DNA from: Bigelowiella natans CCMP2755
Taxonomy: Eukaryota > Protista > Cercozoa
Assembly: GCA_000320545.1 (NCBI GenBank)
Contig: ADNK01000513.1
Span: forward strand, 1-64,000
Direction: 5' to 3'
Length of the DNA stretch: 64,000 nucleotides
Below the pieces are notes generated by a model that was not told the origin of the DNA, did not search any database, and saw only the letters and a program-made list of their open reading frames with translations. The translations under genes and the position numbers were made by a program. The number at the start of each line of letters is the position of its first letter. The stretch's first letter is position 1. This document shows, in pieces, positions 50,309-64,000 of this stretch.

Positions 50309-51616
50309 ATGCGTTCGAAATCAAGGGCTTTGTTCGATTCCGGGAAGACGACAGATCTTGATGCCTCTTCTTCACATAATCTCAATTCAAGCGAGAGAGG
50401 AAGCAAACTACATTGTCCGAGGAGGGATTACTCATCAAAAACGATGGCGACTCTTACTAGCCGGAAGCGCACATGCCAAAGTAGGACCGAAGATGAAGAA
50501 GATACGAAGTCAAAATCTGTCGAGTTTGAGGTCGATCTCGAGGTGGGTGAGAATGTTCCGAAGAGGGTTCACGTAGAGGGTACGAAGAGGACAACGGAAA
50601 AGGCAACCTTCGAACCGAGAGAAGATAGTAAGGAAGAATCTTTCGAGGACATTCTAGGTCGATTTGCCCGTATCAACCTTAACAAAAAGCAGGATACTGA
50701 AGAGCGTTGCTTCCTTTGCGGAGAGGTAACGAAATTAAAGGAATTCGCTGCCCACATTCACGGATGTGTAGAAAAACTTCGAGAAGAAGATGAGGCTATG
50801 GAGTTAGCCTCGCTTGCTGCAAGTGGTGTTCCAGTATGTAATAGTGCATGCTCCCGTCGCGATTATTCTCATTTCATGTCCCACTACCATCCCCCGGCAA
50901 TTTGTCCCGTTTGTGATGAGCAAATGCCCCTTTACGAAGTCGACGCTCATCTTACCCTATGCCTAAAGAAGTCTCGTTGTAGCTCGCGCTCTGTTGAAAA
51001 TGACATTGAAGTTGAAGTTGAAGAAGAGGATATGATGCCAAGAGGAATTGCGGAAGTGGAGATTAATGGGGAAAGGTACAAAATTGATTTGAACCAACTC
51101 ACCCAAGAGAACCTTAAGACGGGAAGAAGGCGACAGATAAGGCGCACTGAGACGGGATGGAAGTGGTGTGATGATTCTGGACTATTCATTCCTTTCGACC
51201 CCGTTTCCAATCAAAAAATAGAAAAATGCATGGAAAAGACATTAAATGTTCCGGAAAACCCCAATGGCAAAACTGATTCGAAGGAAACCTCAGTATCCAC
51301 AGAGGAATCATCTTCAACGGACAGCTCAAACCCCGCTGGTGCTCTTACCTGCGGTATTTGCTCTTCTCAGAACTCTGAAAATTCTGAAACCACTACTTCA
51401 AGTTTTGTGTCTACCATGGATCAGAAGTATCAATCAAAGCTTGATAGGAAGCTTGCAGGAAAGAAGTTAAGCAAAACCCAGATGGCAGCATGTGCAGCTC
51501 TCATCGTCCAGGAAAAGGACAGAGCTGATTCAGAAAAGTCGGTTTCCCTGGCTCGTCTTATGCAGAGCTTTAAATCTTTAGGGATCACCAAAGATAATAT
51601 GAAAAAACAGCTTTGA
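50309..51616 (+). CDS. Intronless protein with UBZ-like, PBZ-like and UBZ4-like zinc fingers and a circularly permuted WWE domain
   Basis: CFLCGE..FAAHIHGC; CNSACSRRDYSHFMSHYHP; CPVCDEQMPLYEVDAHLTLC; EVEINGERYKIDLNQLTQENLKTGRRRQIRR-TET-GWKWCDDSGLFIPFDPVSNQKIEK. First ATG is at 50309. Confidence 0.8.
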   Translation: MRSKSRALFDSGKTTDLDASSSHNLNSSERGSKLHCPRRDYSSKTMATLTSRKRTCQSRTEDEEDTKSKSVEFEVDLEVGENVPKRVHVEGTKRTTEKATFEPREDSKEESFEDILGRFARINLNKKQDTEERCFLCGEVTKLKEFAAHIHGCVEKLREEDEAMELASLAASGVPVCNSACSRRDYSHFMSHYHPPAICPVCDEQMPLYEVDAHLTLCLKKSRCSSRSVENDIEVEVEEEDMMPRGIAEVEINGERYKIDLNQLTQENLKTGRRRQIRRTETGWKWCDDSGLFIPFDPVSNQKIEKCMEKTLNVPENPNGKTDSKETSVSTEESSSTDSSNPAGALTCGICSSQNSENSETTTSSFVSTMDQKYQSKLDRKLAGKKLSKTQMAACAALIVQEKDRADSEKSVSLARLMQSFKSLGITKDNMKKQL

Positions 51617-51929
51617 ATTAAGTGGTTAGAATCATATGGATAAAAAATTAAGATTCGTTCGTAGAAGTAAAAGTGTTACGAAGTCTAAGCATATTTTTCC
51701 ATCACCCGAAATTTGAAGCTCGTTCTGTATAGGATGCTTTCGAATTACTTTCGAATTACAATGAGTACTGATTCGCACAATAAATTTCTGATGTTCGATT
51801 ATTTACTAGCTAGATAAATCGAAGATGATTTGATAATTTATATGACAAATTTCTATGTGACAAAAATTACATCATGTGTAACGTCATGTGCAAAATGTAG
51901 TCATAATGTAAAGTTTCTGCGGATTATAG

Positions 51930-52270
51930 GATAGCTCATGATGATCTATGACTAGTACGTGGATAGAGCTTAGACACAGCATTCAGGCTTGCAACAGCGG
52001 GCTCAAAGGATCAATTCCATACGCAGACATTGTGACGCCGGTCATTGCATGCATGGCATTGCTCACGCCATGAGACGGTAGGTGTAATGAGCTAATGTAG
52101 CTCTGAGCTGTGCAATGCAGCGGCTAGAGCGCTAATGCATGTGTTGATGTCATTGTCTAGCTAGCTAGTTGCGTCCGTTTGTTGATGTTGACTATACGAT
52201 TTTTATCATTGTGCATCATCAATCATATAGGACAAACTAGCATTGCGCTTGTGCGTGTGCTTGCTGCTTG
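51930..52270. repeat. CTAG/TGCA-rich tract between convergent genes
   Basis: Carries the shared motif catgagacgg..gtgtaat..ctaatgtagct..tgcaatgcagcggctagagcgct (52069-52133). Confidence 0.65.
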
Positions 52271-52639
52271 CTTGAGAAAATCTCATTCTTTGAGTCAAGA
52301 AATATCTACATCAGATGGGATTTATTCTGAATTAGATGTTAATATTTATTTACATGATAATGCAATCGCTAAGATAGTTCGTGACTTCTAGATTTTCGGT
52401 CTACGGCGCGTGAGCTTTATTATCATGCATAACGATTAAGGACGATGTTATATGTGTTCAGCCTATTAAAGTTTGCTTGCCCAAAATATACCACTTCACA
52501 AGCATAGAGCAAATGCCAGAATGCTAGAAATCCACAAATTATTAGATAATTTCTAATACAGACTATCCTTATCGCTCATCCCAGGAATCGATCTGGACGC
52601 AGGAATAGGAACGATTACGATCTCATCGTTCGGGTCTTT

Positions 52640-56950
<4,311 letters not shown>

Positions 56951-57119
56951 CACAAACACATGCACACACAGGCACAGACTTACGAAATTTCGTGGTAGAT
57001 CTATTATTATTGTTTCCTCAATATACACCAAAACTCCCTATAAATATTTGCCTAATTGAGAAAGCAGAGCACTCCGAGCAAAAACAACATCCTCGTACCT
57101 GCACGAGAAAGAAGGAATC

Positions 57120-58131
57120 ATGATGGAGCTGGAGGGTTCCATTCGGCTTCAGATCTTCGAGTTTCTCGATATTTCGAGCCTCAGTTGCGTTGCTAGCACA
57201 TGTGGGGAGTTTCAAAGGTTTGTACGAGATAACCGACTCGAAGATATCGCAGCAGAAGTGCAGCTTCAGAAAAATCACTGGAACCGAATAGAAGCCGATC
57301 TGGGAAACGAAGGCTATCGCGACGGTTTAGATCAAGGTAATTTGCTCTTTGCGAGGAACGTATCGTTGTTTTCAGTTTCCCTCTTCGATGATATGTAAAT
57401 TAGGTTACGAAAGTTCCTTGCAAGAAGGCTTCGACCGAGGTTATCGAGACGCAACTGTATCCAGCTTGGAAGAGGGATTTATTCGCGGGTGTCTCACGGG
57501 CGCTTCAATATATCTCGATAAAAATACCAAACACTGTGACCAGAAGACGTTGAAACGCCTGAGAACTTTCCTGGTCGCATTAGGTGGGGTACCAGAAGAA
57601 GAACGGAAATCTGGAATAGCAGGAGTCTCTGTCTCGTTACGACCGACAAGAAAAACTGGCAGAAGAAGGAGACAACAAAGAAAAATAAGTATTGAGAACA
57701 CCGAAGATCCCACTCGCCAAGAAGCTAGCCTAGACGCTTCCACGAAATCATGTTGTACTGACTCAGGAACAGGCGGCTGTACCAATTCTTCACAAAACAA
57801 TAATTGCAGGAAACCTACGTGCACAACTGCTGACAACAGTGGCAAGTATGAAACTAAAATAAATGGTAGCAGGAATAATAATACCATTAAGGTTACATGG
57901 GAAAGCTTGAAACATATATTTGAAAGTTTAAAGCTGAACCCAGAGTCAATCTCAGATATACAAAAGATTTTGCTTCGTGCGATAGAAAAAGCTCGTACGG
58001 CACCAATAAAGTCCACCAGATCCCAAGGTAGCATCGACTCCTTTAATGAAGATTGTGAAGAAGGTCAATTTAGAAGTGCTGACAAAAAGGATGTTGAAAA
58101 TGATTCTGATGACGAATATGATTTTATGTAA
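57120..58131 (+). CDS. YAE1: F-box-YAE1 fusion protein (2 exons, intron 57337-57403)
   Basis: F-box-like LEGSIRLQIFEFLDISSLSCVASTCGEFQRFVRD, directly followed by the Yae1_N GxxxG repeat HWNRIEADLGNEGYRDGLDQGYESSLQEGFDRGYRDA..GFIRGCL. Confidence 0.8.
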
Positions 58132-58379
58132 TGAATGTATATCATTTAATCTTAATGAAGCTAACATTTGTTAAATGTAAATTTACATCTATTTTGCACA
58201 CCGCGAGGTATGTATTCGGGGCATGAAATTTACCTATCTATCGTACTATAACGTGGCACGCTATAACAACATGTAATGGAAAGAAGATTGTTTCGATATA
58301 AAATATCCTGCGCTACCAATTGCATGTTCATAATTATGTCGCGTTGCCTCATCATTGCCGTGTGTGTGCTGCTTGTACT

Positions 58380-59070
58380 GTGTCGTTTAATGTACGTGTG
58401 AGATTACGTTTGTTATAATGTACATGCTGCATGCGCTGCCCCTAGATTGGCTGTGTCTAGCATGTCTGCTAGCAGACATTTGTGCATGCGTACGGGTGAG
58501 TCATAGACGGGTGTAATATGGTTGATTTAAAATTGAACAATTATCATCCTAATGTAGCTATATGCAACGCGGCGACTAGAGCGCTTAAATTATACACATC
58601 ATATCTTGAGATATCTAGATATGTGTGATTATATAATTACCTAGTTATCTTCATTCTCCTTTACACGCACCTCGCATTACATGACAATACGACAGCATGT
58701 CTAGATGTGTGCGGTGCGCTTGTCATCGTTAGATTGTATCATCGCACACATGTAAGATGGATGTAATTAATCAATTAAATTTGTTCAATGGTCATCCTTA
58801 TATAGTAGCACATGTGGCACATATCTAGATGTGTGTCATCATATGTGGGTGCGTATAATTTTAGAAGTGTGCGCGTGCGCGCCTGTGTGTGTATGTACCC
58901 GACACATAGTTGTGCTTATTTTACCATGTTTGTGTTTCATACGATGCCATCTCAAGTGAGTCTTCACACGTCTAGCTATCTCTAGATCTGCCAGCATCTA
59001 GCTTCGAATAGCGACATGCAGCGTTTTGGCCATGGAGCACACTAGCACATGCTAGCATGTTCAAAATAAT
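58380..59070. repeat. CTAG/CATG-rich tract between the convergent YAE1 and rps19 genes
   Basis: Shared motifs catagacgggtgtaat (58502) and ctaatgtagct..tgcaacgcggcgactagagcgct (58549-58585), plus repeated tctagatgtgtg. Confidence 0.65.
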
Positions 59071-59270
59071 CAAACCTCCCTCAAGTGTCATAGACATTAT
59101 GCTATACCCTTGACTGCGAGTAATATAACAACAACGCACCATGTGCATAAATAATATAGCTTCTTGCATTATAGACAATCAAAATAAACTTCTCAATTTC
59201 TTTTTACGCGTGATGAGTTGTCTTAATAAATTGATGCAAAGCTTGCGACCGCTTGCATATTTTTGAATCA

Positions 59271-59891
59271 TCACTTACTATCAGCATCTTTTCCAGGATG
59301 GATTGCCCTTTTCCTTGTTGGCGAAAATTCCCCTAGCTTGTGTCCAATCTGATGCGAGCAACCATGAGCAAAACCATCGACTACACAGAAAGTTTCGTAC
59401 CATGTCCTCTGTGATTGTGATGGGCTTGTAATCCTTCCCGTTGTGAATTTCGAATCTCAATCCAACGAACTCAGGGATAATTGTGCTCCGTCTGATTTAT
59501 GTGCGTTAGTAGCGAACGGTACAAATTCTCAAAAGTATTTACCGTGATTGTGTTCTTATTGCATCCTTTTGTATCACAGCCTTTCCAGCTCTCCGCAACG
59601 CTGATTTTCACAAAAAGATTAATATTGTTTTCATAGCAATGCGCACAAAGTTCACCTTGGAGATCTTCTTGCGCCTTCCTCGCCGCATAGAGAAGGTCAA
59701 TCTCAAAGTATGGTCCTTTCCAAGCCGAGCGGCTTCCAAAGAAACTGCGATTCAAAAATAATTTAGGGGATTCCTTGCAAGTTCATACATAAGTAGAGCG
59801 TTAAATATGACCGCAATGAACGGAGTTGCGCTGTCGACGGAGCCCGCGCTCTCTTGGTAAGCGTTGGTACGACAGAGAGCAGAGACGCCAT
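59271..59891 (-). CDS. rps19: Nucleus-encoded mitochondrial ribosomal protein uS19 (5 exons) with presequence
   Basis: Presequence-like [27 protein letters not shown], then [58 protein letters not shown] (uS19 signature). Confidence 0.93.
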
Positions 59892-60268
59892 CGCGGCCTT
59901 CTGCTGCAGGTTGTGTGGAAGTTGTGATGGTTATACTTTCGATGTGCGTGTCTCAATTAGCAAAAACCCTACATTTTATGACAATTCAATACTCAACCTG
60001 TAATCCCCGGTGGGTGAAAACTCAATGATACTCCTCGCTTTTGCTTGTCGCAGAACCAAATCCTACTGTGATCCTTCCAGCGTCGGTTTCGAGACTCGAT
60101 GAAACGCAACTCTCTGCTGTGTCGTCGTACTCCTCTCCTCTGCTCCGAGGCGCACAAAACCCTTCGCCACCTCCCCGGCCCTTTCTATAGAGGGAAATAA
60201 ATAAGGGAGGGGGTGGTTCGTGCAGAAGAAGCAAGCATAGCTGCTGCTGGGGGGGACGGGATTCTTAG

Positions 60269-63200
60269 ATGAGTTCCAAGGAGAAAGTGAGCATTTCGAA
60301 TTTGCACGGAACGAAAATGGAAACTAACTATTAATGTGCCCTGTAGTATTTCAAAGCATTTAACGATACTGAAGAATACCTAAGACAACTGGACCTGGTC
60401 AGTATCGTTTCTTCCCTGATTGAAATATTGGTTAAGAGAAATGAATCCATGGTGTAGGAATTTCGTGAGGAAAAAGCAGCAATTAAAGCTGAATATGACG
60501 AGAATCGAAAGTCTGCAGCGAAGAAGAAGGTCATAACTCTTTTGAACGCAATACCTCCCACTATTTACAAGGATTTTTTATTGCAATTGTAGAACATGTT
60601 GAGAGGTCGTGCGAATCGGCAAACTTTTCATATTGGGGGCTTTCCGGACGACAGGGAAGTCCCTCGCAGAGGATCAAAGCGAAGTGGACAAAAGCCGCCA
60701 GCAGCAGTGCCAACGTCATCATTCCCGGAACTCAATACAAACTTTCGCTCGCCAAGTAGGCGAGGGGCTGGAACTGTTGCAACTCGACCTGCAGGGGAAA
60801 TCAATACAGCAGAGCCAGCTCGCGGATCGATTAAAAACGTGGTGAAATCCATGCAAAATTCCTCTCGAATGGACTTTCTAGAACAGGTGAATACCCGTAC
60901 TGAAATTGCAACAAGTAGGTTGCATAAAAGACTTAGTATGCTCGAAAGAATGGTTCAAGAGCAACAGCAGGTTTTGCTAAGGCACGAGAGTCACCAAGCT
61001 CAGATGTCTTCAAAGATGGGGAAGAAGAATCGACCAGCCTCTACTCCGGGCGTCCAAAAGTTGATAACTGAACGTTTTGGATCTATAGAGCAGGAGTTAA
61101 GAAGTGAACAGGCAAGAAGAACTTATATGTTTCAAAATATTTCATCAGAAGTTGCGGCAACAGTAAAGGGTATGCAACAGACCATTTTGGCAGCGAGTGA
61201 TGCTCAGCGCCAAACTGATCTGAAACTACAGGCTCTTGTGTCCTCCATTGCAAAGGTAGACTCTTCTCGAGAGAGTATGGACAAGAGAATGGAAAGTCGC
61301 GACAAACACTGGCAGGATCAGCTGGAAGAGCTTCGATCAGAGATGGTTGACAAGATAAAAATGGTAGCGAAGACTCTGAAAAATGTTCTTGCCGAAAATG
61401 ACTCCTTAAGAGAACAATGCGCTTCTCAACGCCGGAAGATTTCACGTCTTGAAGGAAAGTTGGGAACCATTCAGGGTAACGTCAGTAGATCTTCGAAGAA
61501 ACCTCACACTTTAACCAAAGACGAACAAGACCGTGAGATACGGCGCATTCAAAGGCGACACGAACATCGGCAGAGGCATTCAGGAATGGGAGAACAGCAA
61601 AGAGAACAGCAAAGATATGATGAGAATAGACGCCACAGACGAGAGGAGGGTGGCGAACGAGCAGGGCTTAATGGACCCGTTAGACAAGTGCAGCAGCAGT
61701 ATCACAACCCATCAAGGGGGAAGCAATTCTTCGTGGAGCCGTTGAAACCGAAGCACCCCGATCGTTTGACAAGAGATCTGAAGCCTAGCCATGATGATGG
61801 TAACAGCGCTTTCAAGAGCAAGGTAGACCTCCCTAGTGATAATGTTATACTTTAAAGTAGAAAAGGGCCATCTATTTTTGTTTTTGCTTTGCATTGGTGT
61901 TACGCGGTCAAGCCGACATCCTGACACTGAAACCGATTTTTGTCTTGTTGAAACGTCCTCAGCCCTATGTAGCCGACCGCGACAATGAGATCCTTGCACC
62001 TACATACAGCCGTAAACATCCTGAGGTAGTACATGGTTATATTTAAAAATGTTCTAATGTCAATGAATAGATGTGGAACTGCATATTTACCAAAAATCAC
62101 GTGGGCGGAACAAATGCCTGATGTTTTCACACATGCACGTGCGTGTGTTATGTACTTTAAGAAAGACATTGGTGTCTGTGCACGTGTTTTAGGAGAATAA
62201 AACTGACAACGAGGACGAAGACGACTATGTTGAAGATAGTTACCTTCAAGATGACGCACAACTCGATCACAAAGACAAGCCAAGCGAAGAAGATTCCTCA
62301 TCCAAACTATTACGTGGTGAGGGAAAGAAAGAAAATCAACGAGATGATGAATTGACTGAAGAAACTGATTCCAATCGTGTCGAGTTTAAAATGGACAATG
62401 TCGCAGCATCAGAGGGCAAAGACCAGGTCGATGATGCCCATGGAATAAATAAGACAGCTGTTGCAGTTGCCGATGATATTCTAGAGAGCGAAGAGAAAGA
62501 GAAAGTAAAAAATGATGAAGTTTCTGAGGGCAAAGAAACGGAAAACATCAATAAAAGTGAGGAGGAATCAAAAGAGCTCATCGAAGAGAAGGCTATCGCA
62601 GCAGAAGCAGCAACAGCATCAGAAGAAGCAGCAGAAGAAGCAGCAGCATCAAAGGGCGATAAGCAGGTTGATGATGTCGATGGGACTAATAAGACATATG
62701 TTGCAGCTGCCGATGATCATGTGGAGAGCGAAGAGAAAGAGGAAGTAAAAAATGATGAAGTTTTTGCGGGCGCTGAGGGCGAAGAAAAGGAAAAAGCCGA
62801 CGAATCCAAGGAGAAGTCAAAAGAGGTGAACGAACCTGCAGACAAAAAGGGAGGCGGCCCCCTTGGCAACACAGAGCTCATAGACAACGGGGAAGAAGGG
62901 GCGGAAGAAGAAGATTTGATGATTGAGTTCGGTGATGAACTTCTTGATGAAGATGCAAACGTGGGAGATGATGAAGGAGAAGAACATCAGGCAAAACAGA
63001 GCGCTGAAGCGAAACAGATAGCTAAGGAAGAAGAGGGACAGACCGTAGAAGAGGCGGAAAGAAAGAAAAAGGCCGAGGAATCCAAAAGTAGTATAATCGC
63101 TGAAGAGGCTATAGAGGTAAATAAGGATTCTGCCGTCGAAGAGGAGAAGAACGCAGAAAATAGCGTGAGGGATGAAGAAGAGAAGAAGCAGGCTCCGGAT

Positions 63201-64000
63201 GAAGCTGAAGCTGAAGCTGAGAAAGAAACTGTAGAAAAACAGAAAGAGGATGAAGCAAAAAGAACTGATGTTGAGGAAGAAGAAGCTTGGAGAAATGTCC
63301 AAATGGAAGCAGAGGATGAAAAGAAAGCACAAGTGATGAATGCTGCAAACAAGCAAGATGCAGATACATCTGAAGCTCTGAAAAATGAAGCTAGCGCCAA
63401 TAAGCATGAAGAGAAGACTATAACAGTAGCAGCATCAGAGGGTAATGAGCAGGTCGATGATGTCGAGGGAACAAATAGGACAGCTGTTGCAGCTGCCGAT
63501 GACGATCTAGATAGTGAAGAGAAAGTAGAAGTAAAAAATGATGAAGTTTCTGCGGGGACTGAGGGTCAGGAAACCGATAAATGTGCAGAGGAATCAAAAG
63601 AACTCACCGAAGAGAAGGCTGTCATATCAGAAGCAGCAGCAGCAGCATCAGAGGGTGATGAGCAGGTCGACGATACTGATGGAACAAATAAGACAGCTGT
63701 TACGGCTGCCGATGACGATCTAGAAAGCGAAGAGAAAGTAGAAATAAAAAATGATGAAGTTTCTGCGGGCTCTGAGGGCAAAGAAAAAGAAAACACCGAC
63801 AAAAGTGAGGAGGAATCAAAAGAGCTTACCGAAGAGAAGGCTATCACAGCAGAAGCAAGCGATGAGAAAGAGGAAGTAAAAAATGATGAAGTTTCTGCGG
63901 GCTCTGAGGGCAAAGAAAAAGAAAACACCGACAAAGTGAGGAGGAATCAAAAGAGCTTACTGAAGAGAAGCTATCACAGCAGAAGCAAGCGATGAGGAAG
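60269..64000 (+). CDS. Coiled-coil protein with a C-terminal acidic tandem-repeat region; runs off the window
   Basis: Small 5' exons (MSSKEK|YFKAF..|EFREEK..) join ORF 60596-61855 (coiled coil), a short exon PYVADRDNEILAPTYSRKHPE, and the E/D/A/K-rich ORF ending at 63995, all in phase. Confidence 0.65.
62400..64000 (+). repeat. Coding tandem/dispersed repeat, about 45-75 aa units
   Basis: Unit AASEGxEQVDDxDGTNKTAVxAADDxLESEEKxEVKNDEVSAGxEG..EESKELxEEKAI occurs at about 62403, 62643, 63428 and 63643, plus a ~132-bp tandem partial copy at the window end. Confidence 0.9.

Noticed and set aside
63925-63995. Apparent frameshift and stop ending the acidic ORF
   Set aside because: The last repeat copy has two single-base losses in short homopolymers (gacaaagtg vs gacaaaagtg; gagaagct vs gagaaggct). 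This is more likely sequence error or a decayed copy than recoding.

Overview
Eukaryotic nuclear DNA: gene-dense, intron-rich and microsatellite-rich. A signal-peptide plus S/R-rich transit-like leader on a DUF2358 protein suggests an alga with a secondary plastid, possibly a chlorarachniophyte (inference). Splicing the exons by hand gives about 14 genes: a Zn-ligand-less cinnamyl-alcohol-dehydrogenase-like MDR protein, a small unknown gene, an ARM-MATH-2xTudor-like protein, ZFC3H1/Red1-like, DUF2358, mARC/MOSC, a TMX-like thioredoxin, coronin, an RA-PH-RGS signalling protein, MMTAG2, an intronless UBZ-PBZ-UBZ protein with a circularly permuted WWE, an orphan multi-exon gene, an F-box-YAE1 fusion, nuclear-encoded mitochondrial uS19, and a coiled-coil/acidic-repeat protein. 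Genes are mostly head-to-head pairs. The most striking non-coding signal is a set of 0.4-1.4 kb tracts downstream of gene 3' ends. They are very rich in CTAG/AGCT/TGCA/CATG and share degenerate motifs, consistent with a dispersed repeat family hit by a C-to-T process that may target the second C of CC (a RIP-like or non-CG methylation signature). Microsatellites fall in discrete domains that mostly avoid these tracts, promoters and short genes. All exon structures, domain calls and counts were made by eye and are approximate. No RNA genes or CRISPR arrays were found.
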